Source: Eledone cirrhosa (taxonomy: Eukaryota). From it: a stretch of 64,000 nucleotides of DNA. The notes under the pieces are model-generated. The model did not search any database, was not told the DNA's origin, and saw only the letters and a list, made by a program, of their open reading frames with translations. Made by a program: the position numbers and the translations under genes. The stretch covers positions 51,398,001-51,462,000 of the forward strand of contig OZ024741.1 in the NCBI GenBank assembly GCA_964016885.1, written 5' to 3'. Below, one piece after another: positions 50,743 through 64,000 of the stretch (its first letter is position 1; each line of letters begins with the position of its first letter).

Positions 50743-51455
50743 TTACATACACCCATGTTCAAGCTATCCCTCTCAGATCCACCATTAACCGGTGTCAAAG
50801 AAAATATAAATAGAACCCCCTTATGCTAACACAGATATGTTATCAAACGATTGTCAACATTAGTGGACCCTAAACACGATCATGGTATTTTTTAAATGTT
50901 TTCTGCTTAATGTAATCAACTGGTTACTGTTGTATATAATAAGTCAGTCACAAAGTGATCACAATAAGTGTTCAATTCCTCAATCCACGAGGCCCTCGCT
51001 TATACAGACATTTTTCTAAAAAACGTAGAAAACCAAACCATTGAGGACTAAAACCGGACGTAACTGATTCCAGTTGTTATTGGTACATTGAAAGTGAAAG
51101 TCAATTGACGACTGAAAATATTTTGTATTTTGCGCTGTTCAAATTATTCGATTGACCGTGAGATGGAAACATTTTAACAACATAAATTACAAAATACTTT
51201 ATTATACATATATTATTGTAATACCGCAAAATCTGTTATGTTAAACTATATAATATACACTTGACCGAATTAAATAAATTACTCTAATTTTAATGTCAGA
51301 ATGTAGAAAATACAATCCATTTTTATTTTCAGCGTAACAATGACATTAATAAAACATTTCCTTTTTTAAGGATATATATAATATATATATATATACACGT
51401 ATGTGGTTGACGACTGGGAGAAAAGTGTACTCAATACCGAAGTATAATTTTAATT

Positions 51456-51587
51456 ATATTAAGGCTAAATAGTGACTCTTGTTACTCTGGAGTTTCGCCT
51501 TGTTTATCACAGGGTCATCTTGTCTGATGACACTGTGATAAACAAAGTGAAACTCCAGTAACAAGAGTCACTATTTAGTTTTAATAT
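51456..51587. repeat. ~130-bp palindrome built from two inverted copies of a hammerhead-bearing sequence
   Basis: Arms aaatagtgactcttgttact..ggagtttc..gtcatc / gatgac..gaaactcc..agtaacaagagtcactattt around a 6-nt loop. Confidence 0.9.
51518..51566 (+). ncRNA. Type I hammerhead ribozyme, sense to USP40 intron 1
   Basis: Stem I tcttgt/acaaga (6 bp); CTGATGA 51524-51530; stem II act..agt; GAAA 51549-51552; C-tcca-G; GUA triplet with predicted cut after A51560. Confidence 0.7.
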
Positions 51588-51726
51588 GATGAATATATAT
51601 ATATAATCACAGTTTAACGTCGATTTTTCCATAAGCCGTAACTTGCTCAGACGGAACTAATTTGGCTGGGATTTTTGCAGCTGGATACCCTTCCTAATAC
51701 CAACCACGTTTACAGTGTTGTGTGTG

Positions 51727-52480
51727 TCATCATCATCATCATCATCATCAGGTTTAGCGTCCGTGTTCCACGCTTGCATGGGTTTGGACGGGGGTTTTCC
51801 CACTTGAGGCAAGAGTGGTTGTCTTGCTCGCATAGGACTGTCTGGCGGGTTTTCTACAGTTGGATGCCCTTCCTAACACCAACCACATTTACAGTGTGGG
51901 GCTGGGAGGTTTTTACCGTGTTGCCTACACGGCCACATTACAGCGTGGACTGTCTGGCGGGTTTTCTACAGCTGGATGCCCTTCCTAACACCAACCACAT
52001 TTACAGTGTGGGGCTGGGAGGTTTTTACCGTGTTGCCTACACGGCCACATTTACAGCGTGGACTGTGTGTTTTTTTGTCGTGACACCTACACGATCTCAT
52101 TTGTTTCGGCCTGGATGTTGTGGGACCAACATAACTGTATATATTTTCACCAGGTTAATTTTAAGGCCTTTTGATTCTAGGCCGTGCTTCCATGTTTGGA
52201 ATTTCTTCTCTAGTTCGGTCATTGATTCAGCTATGAGCGTTAGATCATCTGCGTATAGGAGTTCCCATGGGCAGCCGGTCTTGAACTCCTCTGTTATAGC
52301 CTGAAGGGCAATAATAAATAGTAGGGGGCTAAGAACAGAGCCCTGATGGACACCAACTTTTACGCTAAACTCTTCACTATATTCGTTGTTAATTCTAACC
52401 TTACTGACTGTTTCTTTATACATGGCTTGTATAGCTCTCACAAGCCATTCGTCAACACCTAGTTTTCTAAGAGACCACCA
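51727..52480 (-). mobile_element. RTE fragment (RT core joined to long 3'UTR)
   Basis: ORF 52097-52441 (GVHQGSVLSPLLF..LLYADD) is nearly identical to the overlapping part of the 7008-9250 copy and has the same 3'UTR. An older RTE remnant follows at ~52800-53620. Confidence 0.85.
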
Positions 52481-53715
52481 TTTTCCGAATATATATATAT
52501 ATTCATCATTATCGTTTAATGTCCATTTTGCCTGTTAGCAGGGGTTGGACATGTTACAGACCGATCAGTACTCAAGCCGGGGCTCTGACTTCCAGGTAGC
52601 TCTTGGGGCCTGACGTACGATTCCACATTCTATCCAGTGCATTTTATCGTGGCACCCACACTAGGGAAGTTGTCATGTATTTGGCATAGGTAAAGAGTTT
52701 TCCTGGCCCTTAGTTTGGAATGTTTTCTATGGTTGGACAGCCTACCTATCATCAACCACTTTACAGAATATTCTGGGTGCATTTATTGTGTAGTTCACCA
52801 ACACTAAAAAGGTTGTCACGTAGACGGATTTTCACCAGCACAACATGTTGCTGAAATCCTTTGACATTTTTTGCGAGGCTCAGCTTCTTAAGGCCAGCCT
52901 TTATTACCTCATCACATATTTTAATGGGTCTGGAGTTCCCTCCACAGAGATTTATGCATTTCTTTATACAGCTATCATCTCCATATGCATCACATGTCCA
53001 TATCGCAGTCTTCTCATGTACACTACATCTAATTCCTCTTATGCCAAGTTTTTCTCTCAGCTCACTCATGCTACATCAGTCATTACACATCCATTGGAGC
53101 ATACTTGATTCATTTCTTCTTAGCCTTCTGCAGTCAAGGCCCATGTTTCACAGCCATGTAGCATTGCTGTTCGCATGCAGGCGTCATAGTCTATCCTTCA
53201 CAGTGAGAGAGGGTTTTGTTGTCAGCAGGAGTACCATCTCTCTAAACTTCCAGTCTGTTCCTACCCTGACTATTACACTTTCAGGGCACTGCTGATTATG
53301 TAACTTGGGTAACAAAACCTTTCAACAACTTCTAAGGAGCCTCATTTGCAATTGTGGGTAATCCTGTTAGTATTAGCTTCCTACTTATCAGAACTTTAGT
53401 CTTTAAGTTTACTTTCAGGCCTTTTGTTTCTAGGTTTTTCTTCCCTGCCTAGAATTTTATCTAATACCCGCACAGATTCAGCTATAAGGATTAGATTATC
53501 AGCATACAAAAGTTTCCATTGTGTACCAATTTCATACTCCTCCATAATAGCTTGAAGGACAATGATAAACAGAAATGGGCTCATGACTGACCTCTGGGGC
53601 ACCCCCACATTCATTGCCAGTTCTCACTTTGCTGGTTGTACCCTTATGCATGGCCTTCACGAGCTAACCTTGTGTTCTTGTAGCGGTGTATATACACAAT
53701 CTAATTATATTACTT

Positions 53716-53756
<41 letters not shown>

Positions 53757-54805
53757 TTATATATATAATGTCAAGTATCGTCATTACCAACTGCTATTCA
53801 GTCAAAGATACTCTAGAAAGAAGCAACTACAGAGGCACCAAAGCAATGGATTATGTTATGAACTAACTGTTTATATTTTCATTCCACAATAGCATCTCTT
53901 CCTCACAACCGTATCATGTTTATATTTATACTCCACAACACTCACTATCTCACCTTTCTCTTCATATTTTCACCTCACAATAACATTGCTGATAGTTCAG
54001 CTTCATAAATTATAACTATGGTGCAAAACAATGGCTTTTATTATTATTATTTATGTTTAGAATTCAAATCTATTGTTGGTGAACTTTGCCGTGTTTGATA
54101 GTGGTGTGTCAATAAAACATTTAGCAGTAGGGTTGCTTTAATTGAATGTTCTAAGTCTGTCTGAAGCCGGGTGGCTCATCAGGCTGGTACTTATCCTGGT
54201 TTCCATGGTGTTAAGCAACTGAGAATACAAGACTGTCCCCCCTGCCTGGACAGGACACCAGTCCATTGCAGGGTTAAACCCCCAGCTACTGCTGGTACTC
54301 ATTTTCAGTTGAGTATACTGGAGCAATGTGAAATGAAGTGTTTTGCTCAAGAACACAACACACAGGTTCAGGAATCGAACCCACAACATTATGATTGTAA
54401 ATCCAACACCCTTACCACTAGGCCATGCACCTCTACTCTAATTGAATGTATTGTCACCAAAATATTTTCGACTTTGTTGCCTAGTTTAGATATTAATGTA
54501 ATTGTTTAATCCCTGATGGAGGACAGAGCCTGGGACCTTTGCAGTTCCTCCTTGCTTTGTGTGCTTAATATGGTTGATGTGCTGTGTGTGTATGGTGAGA
54601 AATCGGGTGGGTAGATAGTGAAAAGACAGTTTAAGTGGGGGTGGATAAGGGAAGTAAAATGGATGGCATTGGTGAAGGTTAGGTGACAGCATAAAGAGTA
54701 GTGATTGGAAAACTTGTCTAACTGCAGGTCAACCATAGTTGAGCTGACCTATGATAAAATATGTTATTGTCTTGACCATCCTACCTTGTCTTTGTTTGAG
54801 GTATA

Positions 54806-54996
54806 TGAAGGTTGGTTGAAAAGTTCATAGGCTGAGCAAGATACTCTCATGGAATGACCAAATGAGGTATATTTTTCAACATAGGCTCTGAAGAGAAACA
54901 GTGCAGTTATTAAGAGTTGAAAAAAATGCATGCAAGATTTCACATCCCTCACATCACTCCTTCATAGTCAGCCTATGAACTTTTCAGCCAACCTTT
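54806..54996. mobile_element. Mariner-like MITE
   Basis: TIRs aaggttggttgaaaagttcataggctga / tcagcctatgaacttttcagccaacctt with TA flanks. Confidence 0.8.
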
Positions 54997-55732
54997 TATT
55001 CTGGATATTCATGTCTCCTGCTGTACAATGGTTGAGTGTGATTTAAGAAGGATTAACTATTGTTTCTAGCATGTAGAAACTCAAAGATTTTATAATTGTG
55101 TGTTACTTACAGAGTTGTGTTAGTTGAGAAGGGGTGAGTTTATCAATCGTTCGAGTAGGAGAGAGTTTATCAATCGTTCAAGTAGGAGTGAGTTTATCAA
55201 TTGTTTGAGTAGGGGTGAGTTTATCACCTCTTTAAGCAGGAGGGGTGGATAATTAGTAAAGATTCTCTTGGTAAGAAACCAGAGAGAGCTGTTAAAAGGT
55301 GAGGGGTGTGGCACAAAACCATTGGCTGTTTATCTAATGGTCAACATCGCACTGTGTAATGGTGGACTACTTGCTTGGATAAGTATTTGTTCTTTATATA
55401 TGTGTGTGTGCTTGTCTGTATGTCTATTTCTATAACTGTTAGACTACATACATATCTATCTATTTTTATCTGTTGCATCTGACTGGCTATCTAGATGTCC
55501 ATCTACTTTTTTATCTCCCATTTCTCTCTGTCTGTTTGTCTATTTTACTGACTTTAAATGTCTGTAATTCTTTCTGTCTGTCTCTTTACATATCTATCTA
55601 CTTCTCTGTTTTTGTCTCTGCTTACCTATCTAAACAACCCCTCCTCCTCACACAACCATCACTAAATATTTCCTGTCTCAGTATTAACCATCAAGTTTGT
55701 ATGAATGCCACCAACTCTCATCTTCCTACCAT

Positions 55733-58700
55733 AATACACATATATCATGTCTACAATACACATATATCATGTCTACAATACACATATATCATGTCTACAA
55801 TACACATGTATCATGTCTACAATACACATATATCATGTCTACAGTACACATATATCATGTCTACAATACACATATATCATGTCTACAGTACACATATATC
55901 ATGTCTACAGTACACATGTATCATGTCTACAATACACATATATCATGTCTACAATACACATATATCATGTCTACAGTACACACATATCATGTCTACAATA
56001 CACATATATCATGTCTACAATACACATATATCAAGTCTACACTACACATATATCATGTCTACAATACACATGTATCATGTCTACAATACACATGTATCAT
56101 GTCTACAATACACATGTATCATGTCTACAATACACATGTATCATGTCTACAGTACACATCTATCATGTCTACAGTACACATGTATCATGTCTATAATACA
56201 CATGTATCATGTCTACAGTACACATGTATCATGTCTACAGTACACATGTATCATGTCTACAGTACGCATGTATCATGTCTACAATACACATGTATCATGT
56301 CTACAGTACACATGTATCATGTCTACAGGACACATGTATCATGTCTACAATACACATGTATCATGTCTACAGTACACATATATCATGTCTACAATACACA
56401 TATATCATGTCTACAATACACATATATCATGTCTACAATACACATATATCATGTCTACAGTACACATATATCATGTCTACAATACACATGTATCATGTCT
56501 AAAGTACACATATATCCTGTCTACAGTACACATATATCATGTCTACAGTACACATGTATCATGTCTACAATACACATGTATCATGTCTACAATACACATG
56601 TATCATGTCTACAATACACATATATCATGTCTACAATACACATGTATCATGTCTACAGTACACATGTATCATGTCTACAATACACATGTATCATGTCTAC
56701 AGTACACACATATCCTGTCTACAGTACACATATATCATGTCTACAATACACATATATCATGTCTACAATACACATATATCATGTATACAGTACACATATA
56801 TCATGTCTACAGTACACATATATCATGTCTACAATACACATATATCATGTCTACAATACACATGTATCATGTCTACAATACACATGTATCATGTCTACAG
56901 TACACATATATCATGTCTACAGTACACATATATCATGTCTACAATACACATATATCATGTCTACAGTACACATATATCATGTCTACAGTACACATATATC
57001 ATGTCTACAATACACATATATCATGTCTACAGTACACATATATCATGTCTACAATACACATATATCATGTCTACAATACACATGTATCATGTCTACAGTA
57101 CACATATATCATGTCTACAGTACATATATCATGTCTACAATACACATGTATCATGTCTACAATACACATATATCATGTCTACAATACACATGTATCATGT
57201 CTACAGTACACATATATCATGTCTACAGTACATATATCATGTCTACAGTACACATATATCATGTCTACAGTACATATATCATGTCTACAATACACATGTA
57301 TCATGTCTACAATACACATCTATCATGTCTACAGTACACATGTATCATGTCTATAATACACATGTATCATGTCTACAGTACACATGTATCATGTCTACAG
57401 TACACATGTATCATGTCTACAGTACACATGTATCATGTCTACAATACACATGTATCATGTCTACAGTACACATGTATCATGTCTACAATACACATGTATC
57501 ACGTCTACAGTACACATATATCATGTCTACAGTACACATGTATCATGTCTACAATACACATATATCATGTCTACAATACACATATATCATGTCTACAATA
57601 CACATATATCATGTCTACAGTACACATATATCATGTCTACAATACACATATATCATGTCTACAATACACATATCATGTCTACAATACACATGTATCATGT
57701 CTACAATACACATGTATCATGTCTACAATACACATGTATCATGTCTACAATACACATGTATCATGTCTACAGTACACATATATCATGTCTACAGTACACG
57801 TATATCATGCCTACAATACACATATATCATGTCTACAGTACACAGTATCATGTCTACAATACACATATATCATGTCTACAATACACATATATCATGTCTA
57901 CAATACACATATATCATGTCTACAGTACACAGTATCATGTCTACAATACACATATATCACGTCTACAATACACATATATCATGTCTACAATACACATGCA
58001 TCAAGTCTACAATACACATGTATCATGTCTACAATACACATGTATCATGTCTACAATACACATGTATCATGTCTACAATACACATGTATCATGTCTACAG
58101 TACACATCTATCATGTCTACAGTACACATGTATCATGTCTATAATACACATGTATCATGTCTACAGTACACATGTATCATGTCTACAGTACACATGTATC
58201 ATGTCTACAGTACGCATGTATCATGTCTACAATACACATGTATCATGTCTACAGTACACATGTATCATGTCTACAGTACACATGTATCATGTCTACAATA
58301 CACATGTATCATGTCTACAGTACACATATATCATGTCTACAATACACATATATCATGTCTACAATACACATATATCATGTCTACAGTACACATATATCAT
58401 GTCTACAGTACACATATATCATGTCTACAATACACATATATCATGTCTACAATACACATGTATCATGTCTACAATACACATGTATCATGTCTACAGTACA
58501 CATATATCATGTCTACAGTACACATATATCATGTCTACAATACACATATATCATGTCTACAGTACACATATATCATGTCTACAGTACACATATATCATGT
58601 CTACAATACACATATATCATGTCTACAGTACACATATATCATGTCTACAATACACATATATCATGTCTACAATACACATGTATCATGTCTACAGTACACA

Positions 58701-61700
58701 TATATCATGTCTACAGTACATATATCATGTCTACAATACACATGTATCATGTCTACAATACACATATATCATGTCTACAATACACATGTATCATGTCTAC
58801 AGTACACATATATCATGTCTACAGTACATATATCATGTCTACAGTACATATATCATGTCTACAGTACACATATATCATGTCTACAGTACATATATCATGT
58901 CTACAATACACATGTATCATGTCTACAATACACATCTATCATGTCTACAGTACACATGTATCATGTCTATAATACACATGTATCATGTCTACAGTACACA
59001 TGTATCATGTCTACAGTACACATGTATCATGTCTACAATACACATGTATCATGTCTACAGTACACATGTATCATGTCTACAGTACACATGTATCATGTCT
59101 ACAATACACATGTATCATGTCTACAGTACACATATATCATGTCTACAGTACACATGTATCATGTCTACAATACACATGTATCATGTCTATAATACACATA
59201 TATCATGTCTACAATACACATATATCATGTCTACAATAGACATATATCATGTCTACAATACACATATATCATGTCTACAGTACACATATATCATGTCTAC
59301 AATACACATATATCATGTCTACAGTACACATATCATGTCTACAATACACATGTATCATGTCTACAATACACATGTATCATGTCTACAATACACATGTATC
59401 ATGTCTACAATACACATGTATCATGTCTACAATACACATGTATCATGTCTACAGTACACATATATCATGTCTACAGTACACGTATATCATGCCTACAATA
59501 CACATATATCATGTCTACAGTACACAGTATCATGTCTACAATACACATATATCATGTCTACAATACACATATATCATGTCTACAGTACACAGTATCATGT
59601 CTACAATACACATATATCATGTCTACAATACACATATATCATGTCTACAATACACATGCATCAAGTCTACAATACACATGTATCATGTCTACAATACACA
59701 TGTATCATGTCTACAATACACATGTATCATGTCTACAATACACATGTATCATGTCTACAGTACACATCTATCATGTCTACAGTACACATGTATCATGTCT
59801 ATAATACACATGTATCATGTCTACAGTACACATGTATCATGTCTACAGTACACATGTATCATGTCTACAGTTACACATGTATCATGTCTACAATACACAT
59901 GTATCATGTCTACAGTACACATGTATGATGTCTACAGTACACATGTATCATGTCTACAATACACATGTATCATGTCTACAGTACACATATATCATGTCTA
60001 CAGTACACATGTATCATGTCTACAATACACATGTATCATGTCTACAATACACATATATCATGTCTACAATACACATATATCATGTCTACAGTACACATAT
60101 ATCATGTCTACAGTACACATATATCATGTCTACAGTACACATATATCATGTCTACAATACACATATATCATGTTTACAATACACATGTATCACGTCTACA
60201 GTACACATATATCATGTCTACAATACACATATATCATGTCTACAATACACATGCATCATGTCTACAATACACATGTATCATGTGTACAATACACATGTAT
60301 CATGTCTACAATACACATGTATCATGTCTACAATACACATATATCATGTCTACAATACACATATATCATGTCTACAATACACATATATCATGTCTACAGT
60401 ACACATATATCATGTCTACAATACACATATCATGTCTACAATACACATGTATCATGTCTACAATACACATGTATCATGTCTACAATACACATATATCATG
60501 TCTACAATACACATGTATCATGTCTACAATACACATGTATCATGTCTACAGTACACATATATCATGTCTATAGTACACGTATATCATGCCTACAATACAC
60601 ATATATCATGTCTACAATACACATATATCATGTCTACAGTACACAGTATCATGTCTACAATACACATATATCATGTCTACAGTACACATATATCATGTCT
60701 ACAATACACATGTATCAAGTCTACAATACACATGTATCATGTCTACAGTACACATGTATCATGTCTACAATACACATATATCATGTCTACAGTACACAGT
60801 ATCATGTCTACAATACACATATATCATGTCTACAGTACACATATATCATGTCTACAATACACATGCATCAAGTCTACAATACACATGTATCATGTCTACA
60901 ATACACATGTATCATGTCTACAATACACATGTATCATGTCTACAATACACATGTATCATGTCTACAGTACACATATATCATGTCTACAATACACATATAT
61001 CATGTCTACAGTACATATATCATGTCTACAATACACATATATCATGTCTCCAGTACACATGTATCATGTCTACAATACACATGTATCATGTCTACAGTAC
61101 ACATGTATCATGTCTACAATACACATGTATCATGTCTACAGTACACATGTATCATGTCTACAGTACACAGTATCATGTCTACAATACACATATATCATGT
61201 CTACAGTACACAGTATCATGTCTACAATACACATATATCATGTCTACAATACACATATATCATGTCTACAGTACACAGTATCATGTCTACAATACACATA
61301 TATCATGTCTACAATACACATATATCATGTCTACAATACACATGCATCAAGTCTACAATACACATGTATCATGTCTACAATACACATGTATCATGTCTAC
61401 AATACACATGTATCATGTCTACAATACACATGTATCATGTCTACAGTACACATCTATCATGTCTACAGTACACATGTATCATGTCTATAATACACATGTA
61501 TCATGTCTACAGTACACATGTATCATGTCTACAGTACACATGTATCAGGTCTACAGTATGCATGTATCATGTCTACAATACACATGTATCATGTCTACAG
61601 TACACATGTATCATGTCTACAGTACACATGTATCATGTCTACAATACACATGTATCATGTCTACAGTACACATATATCATGTCTACAATACACATATATC

Positions 61701-64000
61701 ATGTCTACAATACACATATATCATGTCTACAGTACACATATATCATGTCTACAGTACACATATATCATGTCTACAATACACATATATCATGTCTACAATA
61801 CACATGTATCATGTCTACAATACACATGTATCATGTCTACAGTACACATATATCATGTCTACAGTACACATATATCATGTCTACAATACACATATATCAT
61901 GTCTACAGTACACATGTATCATGTCTACAATACACATGTATCATGTCTACAGTACACATGTATCATGTCTACAGTACACATGTATCATGTCTACAGTACA
62001 CAGTATCATGTCTACAATACACATATATCATGTCTACAGTACACAGTATCATGTCTACAATACACATATATCATGTCTACAATACACATATATCATGTCT
62101 ACAGTACACAGTATCATGTCTACAATACACATATATCATGTCTACAATACACATATATCATGTCTACAATACACATGCATCAAGTCTACAATACACATGT
62201 ATCATGTCTACAATACACATGTATCATGTCTACAATACACATGTATCATGTCTACAATACACATGTATCATGTCTACAGTACACATCTATCATGTCTACA
62301 GTACACATGTATCATGTCTATAATACACATGTATCATGTCTCCAGTACACATGTATCATGTCTACAGTACACATGTATCATGTCTACAGTATGCATGTAT
62401 CATGTCTACAATACACATGTATCATGTCTACAGTACACATGTATCATGTCTACAGTACACATGTATCATGTCTACAATACACATGTATCATGTCTACAGT
62501 ACACATATATCATGTCTACAATACACATATATCATGTCTACAATACACATATATCATGTCTACAGTACACATATATCATGTCTACAGTACACATATATCA
62601 TGTCTACAATACACATATATCATGTCTACAATACACATGTATCATGTCTACAATACACATGTATCATGTCTACAGTACACATATATCATGTCTACAGTAC
62701 ACATATATCATGTCTACAATACACATATATCATGTCTACAGTACACATATATCATGTCTACAGTACACATATATCATGTCTACAATACACATATATCATG
62801 TCTACAGTACACATATATCATGTCTACAATACACATATATCATGTCTACAATACACATGTATCATGTCTACAGTACACATATATCATGTCTACAGTACAT
62901 ATATCATGTCTACAATACACATGTATCATGTCTACAATACACATATATCATGTCTACAATACACATGTATCATGTCTACAATACACATGTATCATTTCTA
63001 CAATACACATATATCATGTCTACAATACACATGTATCATGTCTACAATACACATATATCATGTCTACAGTACATATATCATGTCTACAGTACATATATCA
63101 TGTCTACAGTACACATATATCATGTCTACAGTACATATATCATGTCTACAATACACATGTATCATGTCTACAATACACATCTATCATGTCTACAGTACAC
63201 ATGTATCATGTCTATAATACACATGTATCATGTCTACAGTACACATGTATCATGTCTACAGTACACATGTATCATGTCTACAATACACATGTATCATGTC
63301 TACAGTACACATGTATCATGTCTACAGTACACATGTATCATGTCTACAATACACATGTATCATGTCTACAGTACACATATATCATGTCTACAGTACACAT
63401 GTATCATGTCTACAATACACATGTATCATGTCTATAATACACATGTATCATGTCTACAATACACATATATCATGTCTACAATAGACATATATCATGTCTA
63501 CAATACACATATATCATGTCTACAGTACACATATATCATGTCTACAATACACATATATCATGTCTACAATACACATATCATGTCTACAATACACATGTAT
63601 CATGTCTACAATACACATGTATCATGTCTACAATACACATGTATCATGTCTACAATACACATGTATCATGTCTACAATACACATGTATCATGTCTACAGT
63701 ACACATATATCATGTCTACAGTACACGTATATCATGCCTACAATACACATATATCATGTCTACAGTACACAGTATCATGTCTACAATACACATATATCAT
63801 GTCTACAATACACATATATCATGTCTACAGTACACAGTATCATGTCTACAATACACATATATCATGTCTACAATACACATATATCATGTCTACAATACAC
63901 AGTATCATGTCTACAATACACATATATCATGTCTACAATACACATATATCATGTCTACAATACACATGCATCAAGTCTACAATACACATGTATCATGTCT
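55733..64000. repeat. 22-bp satellite array (consensus ARTACACATRTATCATGTCTAC), >8.2 kb, runs off the right edge
   Basis: Hundreds of near-identical monomers, occasional 20-bp variants and recurrent diagnostic point variants. Confidence 0.99.

Noticed and set aside
55473-63484. Very long ORFs (627-1129 aa) as protein-coding genes
   Set aside because: They are translations of the 22-bp satellite, open in all three frames, with frame-shifting 20-bp monomers tolerated.

Overview
AT-rich, microsatellite-rich animal DNA; the repeat families suggest an octopus-type coleoid cephalopod (inference). Two host genes diverge. On the minus strand, nine clean GT-AG coding exons of ABCF2 run from the ATG at 13554 to 1140 (434 codons) and continue off the left edge. 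On the plus strand, the first coding exon of a USP40-like deubiquitinase lies at 49456-49690. Between them is a stack of insertions, most embedded in microsatellites: (i) a Ty3/Gypsy (CsRN1-like) element with two ~420-bp LTRs, a tRNA-Trp PBS and a PPT on the plus strand, but its whole RT-RH-IN region on the minus strand and no gag; (ii) a near full-length RTE LINE; (iii) two different Tx1-like LINEs head-to-tail in the same (GATA)n tract, one with a perfect 20-bp TSD; (iv) a non-autonomous Helitron carrying a 37-bp minisatellite. Several Penelope-type hammerhead ribozyme motifs, fold-back hairpins, MITEs and SINEs are scattered through introns. The last 8.3 kb is a 22-bp satellite with higher-order structure; it explains all the long 'MSTIHIYHV' ORFs. 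Best candidates for novelty are the antisense-pol LTR element, the (GATA)n-targeting Tx1 pair and the hammerhead caged in its own antisense hairpin.
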